Source: Mobula hypostoma
Taxonomy: Eukaryota
Assembly: GCF_963921235.1 (NCBI RefSeq)
Contig: NC_086097.1
Coordinates: 3,348,001-3,412,000, forward strand
Direction: 5' to 3'
DNA length: 64,000 nucleotides
Shown here: piece after piece, positions 1-13,010 of the stretch
Numbering within the stretch: position 1 is the stretch's first letter
Layout of the letters: each line of letters begins with the position of its first letter
Position numbers and translations under genes: made by a program
The notes under the pieces: generated by a model
What the model saw: only the letters and a program-made list of their open reading frames with translations
The model's database searches: none
Told to the model about the DNA's origin: nothing

Positions 1-425
1 CAACAGACTCACTGGTGAAGTATCGTCCTTCCAGGTTAGGCAACACTTCACCTGGGGTCAGCTACTGTATCTGGTGCTCCTGGTGTGGCCTCCCGTATAT
101 CAGTGAGACCCGCTGTAGATTGGGAGACCACTTTGCTTTGTCTGCTAAAAAAATTGGGATTCCCGGTAGTCACCCATTTCAATTCTACTTCCCATTCCCA
201 TTCCAAAATGTCAGTCCATGGCCTCCTCTATTGCTAGGATGAGGCTACACTCGAGCTGGAGGAGCAATACTTTATATTCCATCTGTGTAGCCTCCAACCT
301 GATGACATGAGTTACCCCCTCCTCTCTCCTTCACCATTCCCCATTCCTGTTTATCTCTGCTTTCTTCTCTTCTTCCCTGCCCATCAGCCCCCTTTGGTGC
401 TCTCCTCCTTTCCATTCTTCTATCC
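1..425 (+). mobile_element. Penelope-like element 3' fragment (degenerate GIY-YIG endonuclease plus pyrimidine-rich tail)
   Basis: Translation GVSYCIWCSWCGLPYISETRCRLGDHF matches the VIYC..C..C...YIGET GIY-YIG motif; similar to 3140-3495. Confidence 0.8.
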
Positions 426-534
426 TATCCTGAAGGATTGATTAAGGATAGGTTGTGTCTAACCAATCTTATAAACTTTTTCAATGATGTTACCTGGAAA
501 GTTGATGAAGGCAAGGCGGTTTGACGTTTCATTT

Positions 535-1152
535 CTGGACAAGCAGTCCTGGCAAGGGACTACAGAGGAGATCAAAAGTGGGTACTGGAAAAGATTAAGG
601 ACGAAACTTGACCTACATGTTGGGAGATTGCTCTGATGACACCTGGGGACAGCACATCGATTGCTTGAGGAGAGCAGAGTCAATTGTTAGAGCAGAAAGT
701 GGGCTTCCACCATCAAAGCCATTTCCTGCAGTCTCACGTCTCACCTACCAAGCAGAGCGACCCCTCCCCTTGTCAGGAAAGTCATTATCTCACAAGAGTA
801 AGAAATCCTCCACAATGATTAAGTCTAGGCCAGAATGTGACAATTGAAAATTTACGATGCTGTGCAGGTCTGTATACGGTAGTTGTGTTATATATGTATA
901 CGGTTGAGATGCATTCTTTATTGTGGTGGAGGTTATTGCTAAGCAGGGAGGAGTGTTGTGTATTTGATATTTTAGTAATATTTGAGAAATAGAAGCATGT
1001 ATTAAGCATTCTTGTTCATTTAAATAATTAATTATGGGTTATATGTATAAACATGTGAATTGCATATGTTATCACACTACCATGTGATACATGCATACCT
1101 TGCTTAAAGTATACACCGAATTAGAGAACATTTCTGATTCCCGAGGCTTCCT
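535..1152 (+). mobile_element. Gypsy LTR retrotransposon 3' remnant: integrase C-terminus, PPT and partial LTR
   Basis: TWGQHIDCLR (WRRHIDQL-like) and YLTRVRNPPQ (RYP.R.R.PP.RL-like) peptides; purine tract AAGCAGGGAGGAG 941-953 directly followed by TGTTG at 954. Confidence 0.75.
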
Positions 1153-1184
1153 TTTTATTCCACTTATGAAACCTAAAGCACTGT

Positions 1185-1735
1185 GCAGGCATTGATTCTA
1201 AAAGTTCTCACATCACGTTCACAACATCAGCAAAGCTCATTTTGGATGGTTTGGTTGGGGCAGTTATACACTGAAGCAAAGTTTAAACCCAATATACTGA
1301 GCAAAATTGGTATCGTTTCTCATTGTTATTTCATTAGTTCCAATCATTCAGTACACGAGTCGATTTCCTGTTGTACAATAAAATACGTAATCTTTCTGAT
1401 ATACTGTAGCCAGCCATTTCTGTTTTTTTTTTGTAAGTATTATCACCCGGTACTCACTCTATAAACCCGTAAATTCTTCGGTTTTCTGACTTATTATGAC
1501 CTTTTTTAAGGTCTTCCCTTCCAAAGAATATGCGGTGTGCTGCATTAAAAAAAACACAACTGTCTATGCATGTGCAGAGTTGTTTTTTAAATTCAGCTGC
1601 TCCTTGCTCTTTTTTTGGTTCGAACATCTCTTTGCACTTCAAAACATCAGTAGACATCTCAGGATCGTTTTAATAATAACTTATCACCAATGTTATGTTT
1701 TGTAACTTTAAAACATTAAACTAATTCAAGGGAAG
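1185..1735 (-). mobile_element. Gypsy 5' remnant: LTR end, PBS-like site, leader and degenerate gag N-terminus
   Basis: Minus strand ...CATAACA (ends 1691) then TTGGTGATAAG; ATG at 1417 (MAGY...) with NEKR/PILLS and TAPTKPSKMSFADVV gag-like peptides. Confidence 0.7.
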
Positions 1736-1754
1736 TTGATCAGCACAAGTCTTT

Positions 1755-2480
1755 AGTACTTGGCCAGGAACCCCATCAAGGCCGAATGCTTTTTGTGGGT
1801 TCACCCACCTAAAGGCTGTTCACACATTGGCCTCAGAGACTGAAATCATAGGATCATCTGGCAGTTCCTGATGTTTCCCCACGTTTTGACAGTCAAAGCG
1901 AGCATAGAGGGCAATGAGCTCATCTAGAAGTGAAACCTTGCTCGTCTACTGTATGTCACTTGATTTAACTTTATAAGAGGTGATAGTATTCAAGTCCTGC
2001 CACAACTATTGAACATCCTTCGTTGATTCAAGTTTACTCCAGAACTGCCACCTCACCCATGAGATGCCTTTCTGAAGATCGTACCTGGACCTCTTGTAAC
2101 TTTCTTGGTCACCAGATCTGAATGCCTCTGATCTGGTTCTAAGCAGATTGTGGATCTCATGGTTCATCCAAGGATTCTGGTTAGAGAAGACACTGAATAA
2201 TTTTGTAGGGACACATCCATCTATGGCTGTTTTAACATGTCCATTACAGCCATGGTGGATCCATTCAAATCTCCAGATAGGTTTCGTTTACACGGCCCAA
2301 TCCACCGAATCGAAGCGATCCAGTAGCCACTCCTCTGCCTTCTGTGACCACCTCTTTGTTGTCCTAATCTCTGGAGCTTTGCTCTTTAGCCTCTGTCTGT
2401 ATATAGGTTGGAGAAGGACAACGTAGTGATCAGATTTCTTGGAATGTGATATAGTAGCAGGCAACCCTTATCTGGGTATA
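1755..2480 (-). mobile_element. Rex1/Babar-type LINE fragment (EN-RT linker), degenerate
   Basis: Minus-strand peptides DRFDSVDW and SLLDELIALYARFD. Confidence 0.65.
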
Positions 2481-2486
2481 ACAGTA

Positions 2487-3891
2487 AACACGAGGAAATC
2501 TGCAGATGTTGCAAATTCAAGCAACACACACAAAATACTGGTGGAACGCAGCAGGCCGGGCAGCGTCTATAGGAAGAAGTACAGTTGACATTTCAGGTCG
2601 AGACCCTTCGTCAGGACGAACGGAAAAAATAGCTAGTAAGAGATTTGAAAGTGGGAGGGGGAGGGGGAGATCTGGAATGATAGAAGAAGACAGGAGGGGG
2701 AGGGATGGAGCCAAGAGCTGGACAGGTGATTGGCAAAAGGGATATGAGAGGATCATGGGACAGGAGGCCCAGGGAGAAGGAAAAGGGGAAGGGGGGGGTA
2801 AAACCCAGAGGATGGGCAAGGGGAATAGTCAGAGGGACAGAGGGAGAAAAAGGAGAGAGAGAGAAAGAACGTGTGTGTATAAATAAATGATGGATGGGAT
2901 CTGAGGGGGAGCCTCCGGGTCCAACGTATTATTCTCCGTAACTTCCACCACCTCCAACGGGATCCCACCACTAAGCACATCTTTCCCTCCCCCTCCCCTG
3001 CTTTCCGCAGGGATCGCTCCCTACGCGACTCCCATGTCCATTCGTCCCCCCCATCCCTCCCCACTGATCTCCCTCCTGGCACTTATCCTTGTAAGCGGAA
3101 CAAGTGCTACACATGCCCTTACACTTCCTCCCTTACCACCATTCAGGGCCCCAGACAGTCCTTCCAGGTGAGGCGACACTTCACCTGAGAGTCGGCTGGG
3201 GTGATATACTGCTTCTGGTGCTCTCGATGTGGCCTTCTATATATTGGCGAGACCTGACGCAGACTGGGAAATCGTTTTGCTGAACATCTACGCTCTGTCC
3301 AACAGAGAAAGCAGGATCTCCCAGTGGCCACACATTTTAATTCCACGTCCCATTCCCATTCTGATATGTCTATCCACTGCCTCCTCTACTGTAAAGATGA
3401 AGCCACACTCAGGTTGGAGGAACAACACCTTATATTCCGTCTGGGTAGCCTCCAACCTGATGGCATGAACATGGATTTCTCAAACTTCCGCTAATGCCCC
3501 ACCTCCCCCTCGTACCCCATCCGTTATTTATTTATATACACACATTCTTTCTCTCTCTCTCCTTTTTCTCCCTCTGTCCCTCTGACTATACCCCTTGCCC
3601 ATCCTCTGGGTTTCCCCCCCCCCTTTTCCTTCTCCCTGGGCCTCCTGTCCCATGATCCTCTCATATCCCTTTTGCCAATCACCTGTCCAGCTCTTGGCTC
3701 CATCCCTCCCCCTCCTGTCTTCTCCTATCATTTTGGATCTCCCCCTCTCCCTCCAACTTTCAAATCTCTTACTAGCTCTTCCTTCAGTTAGTTCTGACGA
3801 AGGGTCTCGGCCCGAAACGTGGACTGTACCTCTTCCTAGAGATGCTGCCTGGCCTGCTGTGTTCACCAGCAACTTTGATGTGTGTTGCTTG
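2487..3891 (+). mobile_element. Penelope-like element, 5'-truncated, with inverted pseudo-LTR
   Basis: GIY-YIG region GVIYCFWCSRCGLLYIGET (about 3200-3255, with stops); about 2518-2898 is a reverse-complement copy of about 3515-3891 (mirror ORFs 2506-2886 and 3528-3872). Confidence 0.9.
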
Positions 3892-4072
3892 ATTACAGCT
3901 TATTTTCTGTTGTGCATTTACGACACAGTTGAAAAGTAGACAGTATAATGCTACTGGTGTTTCATACGTGATGAGATCTCAGTGCTGCCAGGGAGTTCAG
4001 TGGTCTCACAGCTTGGCTTAAGAAGCTGTTTCCCCTCCTAATAGTTCTTGTGCTAATGCTAAGGTACCTCCT

Positions 4073-4254
4073 TGCAAGCAAGAAAAAATTTGCAGATGCT
4101 GGAAATCCAAGCAACACACACAAAATGCTGGAGGAACTCAGAAGGCCAGGCAGAATCTATGGAAAAAAGTACAGTCAACATTTCAGGTGGGTCTTTTTTC
4201 CGTAGGTGCTGCCTGACCTGCTGAGTTCCTCCAGCATTTTGTGTGTGTTGCTCT
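4073..4254. mobile_element. Fold-back mini Penelope terminus inserted in a Rex1-like fragment
   Basis: Inverted arms about 4110-4168 and 4194-4252; direct repeat GGTACCTCCT at 4063-4072 and 4255-4264. Confidence 0.85.
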
Positions 4255-5271
4255 GGTACCTCCTGCCTGATGGTAGTGGGTCAAAGTGATGGTTGGACGG
4301 ATGGGAGGGATCATTGACAATTTGCAGTGGTGATCTGTGGCTGACTTTCTTTTCCAAGATAAGGATATAAAAGGAAAAGCTGGTCACTCGTGTGCATTTA
4401 GTATCCCGTCTTTGGTAACCCTCTTTGTTAAATCTATCCAACTGCAGCTTGTGTAGTGAATTCCTATTACTGGTCTGGAATATTGCTAGTGAAACAAAAA
4501 GATACCCATACTTGAAAATGAGCTGCATATCAAGTTGGATTTTGTAAATTTCCTAAGGTTTATTTATACACCACAGCTGTCCTAACCCCATGTGGCCGTC
4601 AGCTCTCATCAATATGAGTTCCTTCATCTGACAGCAAGACAAGCCTCACCTCTGAAACAGCTGTACAAACTTTGACAGTTGACTAAGCTGAGCTCCCCGA
4701 AGAAGATGGCCGTCAATAACATGAACTGTTTTGGAATTTCAAAAACAGCAAAATTTAAAGCATTAGAATCAGTCAATAGAAGTTTTAAGGAATAAACCAA
4801 AACATTGAACATGTTTAAGTAACTAAAACTTTTAACTAAAGACCCAATTCAAACAAATACAAGTTAGCTGATAGCTACTGTCTCTCAGCTGTTCATCTTG
4901 ACTCATGTAAACAGAGTGCCTGTTTCTGCAGCAGGATTAACCCTTTGGAGGTGCTCCACATGGAGATTAATGTTCTGGCTCACGGGCAGTAAATAGTCTT
5001 GTGTCCAGCGTCACTTTATGGACATACAATCAATCGGTGTAGAGAAGCTATCTTATGTATTTATATTTATTGTGTTTTTTATTACTGTGCTCGATATCTT
5101 ATTGTGTTTTTTTTTGAGCTGCATCAGATCCAGAGTAACAATTATTTGTTCTGCTTGACACTTGTGTACTGGAAATGACATTAAACAATGTTGAAACATG
5201 AACATTGAAGAAGCTGAAGATATCAGACTTAGCATGGGAATCTTAAACCTGCTCATGGTCTAAGAAATAAG

Positions 5272-5560
5272 ACATTAGACAGACCATAAGACATGGGGCC
5301 ATTCAGCCCATCAAGTCTGCTCCACCATTCCATCATGGCTGATTTATTATCCTTCCCAACCCCACTCTCCTGCTTTCTCCCTGTGAACCTTCGACATCCT
5401 GACTGATCAAGAACCTATCAACCTCCACTTTAGATACACCCAATGACTTGATCTCCACAGCTATCTGTGACAACACATTGCACAGATTCTCCACCCTCTG
5501 GCTAAAGAGAGCCCTCATCTCCTCTGTTCTAAATGGATGCCCCTCTGTTCTGAGGCTGCA
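5272..5560 (-). mobile_element. CR1 LINE 3' end
   Basis: ALFSQRVENLCN C-terminal motif and AGACCATA-type 3' microsatellite tail. Confidence 0.8.
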
Positions 5561-5859
5561 CTTTTGCACAAATCTGCTGACATTTCCCTGCAAAAAGTGG
5601 CCCATTATAATTTTCATGTCTGATATAGTGCTAGGAAGTTATGAATAACTAGAATTTTAATGCCAATAATAGGCTGCTTTTTTCAGAGTGTTATTACATA
5701 AAATTGTTTGTTCAGGACTGAATTTCATACCCCGATAATTTTTTTTTGACATTGATACCAATGCATTACAACTTACAATGCCTTAAGGCACTCCATTATA
5801 ACAAATGGTTTCATTTGAAGTTCTCTTTCACTTTATTTATCTATCCATCTATCTGTTTA

Positions 5860-6140
5860 TTTATTTAGAGATACAGAATGTAATAGGTCTTTCAGGCTGT
5901 GCCACCAGTGACTCATCTATTTCACCCTAGTCTAATCACAGGACAATTTACAATGACTAATTAACCGACTAACTGATATGTCATTGGACTGTGGGAGGCA
6001 ACCAGAGCACCCAGAGGAAACACACACATTCTACGGGAACGTCATACCGACTCCTTACAGAGGACGTTGGAATTAAACTCCAAACTCTGTTGCCCGAGCT
6101 GTAACAGCATTGCACGAGCAGTAGTGCACCACTGTGGCAC
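5860..6140 (-). mobile_element. SINE with V-domain-like core (HE1/V-SINE-like)
   Basis: Reverse complement of the TTTCCTCTGGGTGCTCTGG..CTCCCACAGTCCAA core; related copies near 12745, 41830, 43100, 45405, 45735, 55760. Confidence 0.65.
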
Positions 6141-6149
6141 CTAATTTGT

Positions 6150-6420
6150 TTGAACTGAATTGAATTTATTTCTTACGTCCTTCACATACACGAGGAGCAA
6201 AAATCTAAATGTGTGATGTACAGTTATAGTAAATTTATAATGAATAGTATGTACAACATGGAAATACAGTTGTGTCAACATGAATTAATCAGTCTGATGG
6301 CCTGGTGGAAGAAGCTGTCTCAGAGCCTGTTCCTGGCTTTTATGGTGTGGTACCGTTTCCCGGATGGTAGCAGCAGGAACAGTTTGTGGTTAGGGTGACT
6401 CGGGTCCCCAATGATCCTTT
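6150..6420 (-). mobile_element. Rex1/Babar LINE 3' end
   Basis: Near-identical to 25175-25445; (CAATT)n-type tail. Confidence 0.75.
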
Positions 6421-6435
6421 TTGAATCATTGAACA

Positions 6436-9400
6436 CAGTGGATTCTGGTTAATTTGGCCATATTAATCAGGGGAGCTGCTAATTTGCGACAACTGTTAAA
6501 GAATAAACATTAATCGATACAAATTACAAGATCCCCTTCATTTATTTGGACACTATGCCACTTAGTTTGGATAAGATAGAACAGTTTCTAACCAGAGTCA
6601 GTCGAGTGCACATCATGTTGTTGTTAGACACTGCACCGTACTTAGAGCGAACAGTTTTTAAATAGCGCCACTGTGTTAAAAAAGCAGTGATTTTTGTCAC
6701 TGATAGTTGGCAAGAAATAAGCAGCAAGGTAATTCAGAACTTGGCTTGCTCACCGTGGTTGCAAGCATTCAGGCTTGAAGTTGCCAGAAATGGCCAGGAG
6801 TGAAAATGACCTTTTCATGACTTCAAGCAGCTTGGAACTATGAAGAGTCATGGAGAAGTACAGCACAGAAACAGGCCCTTTGGCCCATCTAGTCCATGCT
6901 GAAACAATTTAAACTTTCTAATCCCATCAACCTGCACTGGGACCATAGCCCTCCATACCCCTACTATCCAGGAACCTGTCCAAACTTCTCTGAAACATCA
7001 AAATCAAGCTCACATGCACCTTTTGTGCTGGCAGCTCATTCCACACTCTCACAACCCTCTAGGTGAAGAAATTCCCTTAATGTTCCTCTTAAACTTCTCA
7101 TCTTCCACCCTTAACCCAAGACCTCTGGTTGTAGTCCCACCAAACCTTAGTGGAAAAAGCCAGCTTGCCTTTACGCTAATCTCCTCTCAATCTTCTACGT
7201 TCTAAAGAATACAGTCCTGTCCTATTCAACCTTTCCTTACAACGTAGGTCCTCTAGACCTGGCACCATTCTTGTAAACTTTCTCTGTACTCTTTCAACCT
7301 TGTTTGCATCTTTGAAGGCAGGTAACCAAAACTGCACACAATACTCCAAATCAGGCGTCACCCACATTTATACAACTTTAGCATAGCATCCCATTTTCTG
7401 TACTCAGTACATTGATTATGAAGGCCAATGTGCCAATAGCTTTCTTTACAACCCTATCTACCTGTGAGGTCACTTTCAATAAATTATGGACGTGTATTTC
7501 CAGAACCCTTTGTTCTACCACACCCCTCAGTTCCCTACCATTCACTGTGCAAGACCTACCCTGGTTGGTCCTACTGAAGTGCAAAGCCTTGCACTTGTTT
7601 AAATTCCATCTGCCATATTTCAGCCCAATTTTCCAGCTGATGCAGATCCCTCTTCAAACCATGATAAACTTCCTCACTGTCTTCCACACACCCAATCCTG
7701 GTGTCACCTGCAAATTTGCTGATCTGGTTAACCAGATTATTATCCAGATGATTGATATAGATGACAAACAACAAAGGACCCAGTACTGATCCCTGTGGCA
7801 CACCACTAGTCACAGGCCTTCAGTCAGAGAGGCAACCCTCTACCACCACTTTCTAACTTCTTCCACAAAGCCAATGTCTAATTCAATTTACCACTTCATA
7901 ATGAATGCTGAGTGACTGAACCTTCTTGACCAGACTCCCATGTGGGATCTTGTCAAATGTTTTACTGAAGACCACGTGGACAACATCCATTGCCTTGACT
8001 TCATCTTCAAAAAACTCTCTAAGATTTGGTTAGACATGACCCACCATGCACAAAGCCATGATGACTACCCTTACTTATCCAGTCCCTTAGAATACTTTCC
8101 AATAACTTTCCCACAACTGATACCAGGTTTGCTGGCCTATAATTTCCTGGTTTCTGTTTTGAGCCTTTTTTTAAACAGCGGAACAACATTGGCCATCCTC
8201 CAATCCTCTGGTACCTCTCCTGTCACTAAGGATGATTTAAATATTTCTGCCAGGACCCCCGCAGTTTCTGCACTTGCCTCTCATAGGGTCTGAGGGGACA
8301 CCTTGTCAGGCCCTGGGGATTTATCCACCCTGATTTGTCTCAGGGTAGCAAACACCTCCTCCTCTGTTTTCTGTACAGGCTCCATGAAGTTGATGTCACT
8401 TTGCCTCACTTCTATAGGGTCTTTGTCTCCTGAGAAAATTTAGATACAAAAAAATTCAATTAAGGTATCCCCATCTCTTTTGGCTCCACACATGGATTAC
8501 CATTCTGATCTTCCAAAGGACCAATTTTGTCCCTTGCAATCCCTTTGCTCTTAACTTATCTGTAGAATCCCTCAGGATTCTCCTTCACCTCATCTGCTAG
8601 AGCAAATTCTAGCCTTCTTTCACCTTCCTGATTTCTTTCTTAAGTGTTTCCTTGCATGTCTTGTCCTCCATAAGCTCCTCATTTGTTCCTACCTGCTTAT
8701 ACCTGCTATGCACCTCCTTTTGTCTCTGAACCAGGGCCTCAATACCCTTAGAAAAACAAGATTCCCTGTACTTGTTATCTTTACCCTTTGTTCTGACAGG
8801 CACATACAAACTTTGTAGTCCCAAAATTTCATTTTTGAAGGCCTTCCACTTATCAAGTGCACCTTTGCCAGAAAACAGCCTGTCCCAATCCACACTTGAT
8901 ACCATCAAAATTGCCCTTTCTCCAATTTAGAATCTCTACGAGTAGACCAGACCCATCTTTTTGCATATTTACTTTGAAACTAATGGCATTGTGGTCATTG
9001 GATGCAAAGTGTTACCCTAGACAAATTTCTGACACCTGCACTGTCTCATTCCCTAATAGCAGATCCGACATCACACACTCTCTTGTTTGTTTTTTTACAT
9101 ACTGATGAAGGAATTTGACAAACTCTATCCCATCTAGTCCTTCTATAGTATGGGATTTCCAATCAGTATGTGGAAAGTTAAAATCATCCACTCTAACAAC
9201 TTTATGTATCTTGCAACAGTCTGCGATCTCTTTACAGATTTGTTCATCTAAACCCCTGGGACTATGGGTGGTCTGTAATAGTGGCCTATTAATGCGATTA
9301 TACATTTTGTATTTCTCAGTTCAACTCATAATGCCTCACTAGTCAAGTTCTCCAGTCTGTTCTGACGGAGGACTGTCATGTCATTTTCCCTGACTAGTAC

Positions 9401-10704
9401 TGCCACCCCTCCTGCTCTGTCGCATCTAAAACAACCAGACCCCGAAATACTGAACGGCCAGTCCTGACTCTCCTGCAACCAAGTCTCAATAATGGCCACA
9501 ACGGCATAATTCCAGGTGTTGACCCATGCCCTGAGCTCATCCGCCTTTCCTACGATACTTCTTGCATTGAAACATATGCAGCTCAGGACACTAATCGCAC
9601 CATGATCAACCTTTCGATTCCTGACTTTGTTTGTGGTCTTTCTCCACTAACGGTTCTGGCACTCTGGTTCCTACCCCCTGCAACTATAGTTCAAACCCCA
9701 CATGCAGGATTAGCAAACTTTACCATTAAGATATAAGTCTCCCTTCAGTTCAGGTGCAACTTTTTATATAGGTTTCACCCTCCCTGGAAGAGCCCAATGA
9801 TCCAAAAACCTTATGCCCTCCTTCCTACACCAGCTCCTTAGCCACGTGTTAAACTGTATGATCTTCCTAGTTCTGACCTCACTAGCATGTGGTATGGGGA
9901 GCAATCCTGAGATCACAACCCCGGAGATCCTGCTCTTCAACTTCGCACCTAACTTCCTGAATTCCCTATGCAGAACCTCACCACTCGTCCTACCCATGTC
10001 ATTGGTACTTACATGGGCCGTGGCTGTCTCGCTGTTCACCTTCACACTTAGGAATGCTGAGGACTCGATCCGAGATATCTTAGACCCTGGCACCCGAGAG
10101 GCAACATACCATCCGGGAATCTCATCCTCGCCCACAGAAGCTCCTGTTGGTTCCCCTAACTAACGAATCTGCTGTCACCACAGCGTGTCTCATCTCCCCA
10201 ATTCCATTCTGAGTGATAGAGGCAGACTCAGTGCCAGAGACGTGACCACTGTGACTTTCCTCCCCCACAACAGTATCAAAAGTGGTATACCTGTTGAAAA
10301 TTTGAGTCATCTTGAATGTTACAATAAAGATGATTATTTAGGGATGCAATTGTGGGAAGCACTTGTTTGAAGACAGTCCACTATCTGCATTATGCATCTG
10401 CACTGATTTTATTAATTTACAGTCAATCAAAGGAAAACATCAGAGTACACTGAATGAATTCCTCTGTCGATAACCATCAGGAACTAATACACAGTTTTAT
10501 AGTACTGTGGGAATGTTCTGGTAATGTTCTTATTTGTTCCGTATTTGATATAAATACTGTACATAATATGTTGCTCAGTTAAACTTTAGTTTGTCTTTTT
10601 TATACCTGTTCCACTATTTCCATGATACTTTGGCTAATTGGGCAACTGATTAATTGGGCCAAATGTACTGGCTATGATATGTCCAAATTAACTGAACTCC
10701 ACCG
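6436..10704 (+). mobile_element. Non-autonomous Tigger/pogo-like DNA transposon split by a CR1 insertion
   Basis: Imperfect TIRs CAGTGGATTCTGGTTAATTTGGCCATAT (6436) and revcomp CGGTGGAGTTCAGTTAATTTGGACATAT (ends 10704); internal AVIFVTDSWQEISSKVIQN resembles the pogo DDE_1 C-terminus. Confidence 0.7.
6845..10296 (-). mobile_element. Long degenerate CR1 LINE with ORF1 SGNH-esterase region, endonuclease and RT remnants
   Basis: AVVTADSLVRGT, HVSTNDMG and VVISGLLP (esterase); DDFNFPHTDW (EN); SGVPQGSVLGPLLF and SKFAGDT (RT). Confidence 0.85.
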
Positions 10705-11444
10705 CATGCAGTATAACTTACACTACATTTTATTCATAATGTATTCTTTAAGTAACAAAATAAAATTCTGACAATATTTAGCCAGAAACCTATCAACCTC
10801 TGCTTTAAGTATACCCACTGACATAGCCAATTTAATTGTACTTCAGTTTTCCTTGATCAGAAAACATCAACCAGTACCTCAATCATCAAGCTATGAAAAC
10901 AGAGGGGACAACTTCACTCACCTGAACAATTAACTGTTCCCACAACCTATCGACTCACTTTTAAGGACGCTTCATTTCATGATCTCAATATTTATTGATT
11001 ATTATTAATTATTATTATTATTATTATTTTGTCTTTTTTCTTTTAGTATTTGCACAGTTTGTTGTCTTTTGCACATTTGTCATTTCTCCATCTTGTGTGC
11101 AGTTTTTCATGGATTCTATTGTGTTTCTTGTATTTTCTATGAATGCCTGCAAGAAAACGAATCTCAGGTTTGTATATGTTGATATATACATATTTAGCAA
11201 TAACTTTACTTTGAATTTATGAATGGTGATCACATTGGACCAACACCTAAAACTATGTGAAAAGAAACTGATTTCCCAGTAGCTTCAAAACTGCATTATG
11301 TGGTTGGAAACTAAGGAAATGTTTGAACTATATATTGTCACTGATCCCTGCTGTATTTGAGGGATTTATCAAGGATATTAAATTGCATTTCCACAATAAT
11401 GTACTTTCACTCTCAGTACCCACCTAAATCAAAGTAAATTCACA

Positions 11445-11815
11445 GAGTCATCAAACACTCAGCACAGAAACCAGGCCCTTCAGCCCATCTAGTTTGTGCC
11501 AAACTATTAATCTACCTGGTCTCATCGACCTGCACCCCGACCACAGCCTTCCATACCCCCTCCCTTCCATGTACCTATCCGAATTTCTCTTAAACTTTGG
11601 AATCAAATCCACATTCCCTCTTCTGCTGAAAGCTTGCTCCACACTCTCATCACCCTCTGAGTCATCCATAGCCCATGACCTCTAGGTGTAGTCTCACCCA
11701 ACCTTAGTGGAAAAATATCCTTGCATTTACCCTGTCTGTACCCCTCGTAATTTTGTATACCTCTATTAAATCTCCCTCTATCTTCTACACTCCAGGAAAT
11801 AAAGTCCGAACCTAT
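11445..11815 (-). mobile_element. CR1 LINE 3' fragment
   Basis: Similar to 6845-7250; FKRNSDRYM motif. Confidence 0.75.
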
Positions 11816-12084
11816 CGCTATAATAATAAATTAAATAATTAAATAAATCAGTTTGATACTTAACCGTTGCTTGATCTAAATTATGTATGAATGCTTGAAA
11901 ACAAAATGGTTGGCAATGCTCTAAAAGCGTATGGATTTTAATGTAGGTAATTGTTTAAGTACTCACTGCACAGCTACAGCAAACATGAATTAGTCTGCTC
12001 AGTGGCGAACCTCTACATATATTTGCATGTGTGACTCATTTGCTGCAAGAGCCAATATAAAGTGAAACGTTGAAGGTTATGGTT

Positions 12085-12660
12085 CCTTGAGGTTGTTATA
12101 GCCGGGGGTGGTAATGGGAACAAGTTCCCACTACCTATTAAATGCTCCCAATGGCGTGCGCCTCAAATAGCCTCTGACAACCTAGTCCAGTTACTGGCCT
12201 TCACCTGTGATTTAGCTACTAAGCCCAGTGGAACCATTTCTACTGACAGAAAAAGAAGCAAAGACAGGTTACTGGCACCTTAAAACTATTTGCTTTGGGC
12301 AGATGGAACTTGTCAGCCGTGGTTGGCAGCTCATCTAAGAGAATAAAATCTCTGATCTCAAACCTCCGCTGCCTTGCAGCTGTACCCACTCATGGGGAAG
12401 GCTTCAAGAGTAAACCCCAAGGGAAAAATCCAGATCTGGAGTCCCTAAGGCAGTCCGACATTGAGTTCAACACTGACTGACAACTGCTGTGACACCGCTG
12501 GTGCCAAACTGTGTCAGTTCCTGTTGTTCCTTTGGATTCATGAGCTATGTGGAGAGGCCAAGCCTGCTGCCTGGGCACCAGTTTGCTCTTTGTATCGCAC
12601 TGCCCAGGCTTGCATAGACACCTAGGTTGAAACATCCATGGTCAACCCCAATCCATCAAG
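12085..12660 (+). repeat. Unclassified non-coding interspersed repeat (possibly RTE-mobilised)
   Basis: Collinear with 36695-37392; no protein motif found. Confidence 0.6.
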
Positions 12661-12744
12661 GTTAAAGTTTTCAAGAAGATGTGAAGTGACATGGAGGCTT
12701 GTTCTGTAAACCAGTCAGCTAACTTGCTTCCAGATCTAGGCATC

Positions 12745-13010
12745 AGAGTGGCATCGCTGTCAGTGTGATGCTACGGCAGCTCGGGGCATTGGAGTTCGGG
12801 GTTCAATAGGCATCCCCTATGCACCTTCTTCCCGTAAACCATGTGGCTTTCCTCTGGAAGCTCTGGTTTCCTCCCACTGTCTAAACAGATACTGGTTGGT
12901 AGGTTAATTGATCATTGTAAATTGTCCTGTGACTAGGCTAGGGTTAAGTCAGCGGGTTGTTGGGCAGTACCACTCGTTGGACCAGTTCTGCATTGTATCT
13001 CTGAATATAA
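12745..13010 (+). mobile_element. V-domain-like SINE
   Basis: Degenerate tRNA-like head (GGGTTCAAT) and TTTCCTCTGGAAGCTCTGGTTTCCTCCCAC core. Confidence 0.6.

Noticed and set aside
2506..3939. Paired Arg/Gly-rich and Pro/Leu/Ser-rich ORFs as duplicated genes
   Set aside because: They are opposite-strand readings of the inverted Penelope pseudo-LTR.
10995..11233. Hydrophobic membrane-protein-like short ORFs (also 27563-28057, 38866-39105)
   Set aside because: These are T-rich 3'UTRs of LINE-derived repeats.
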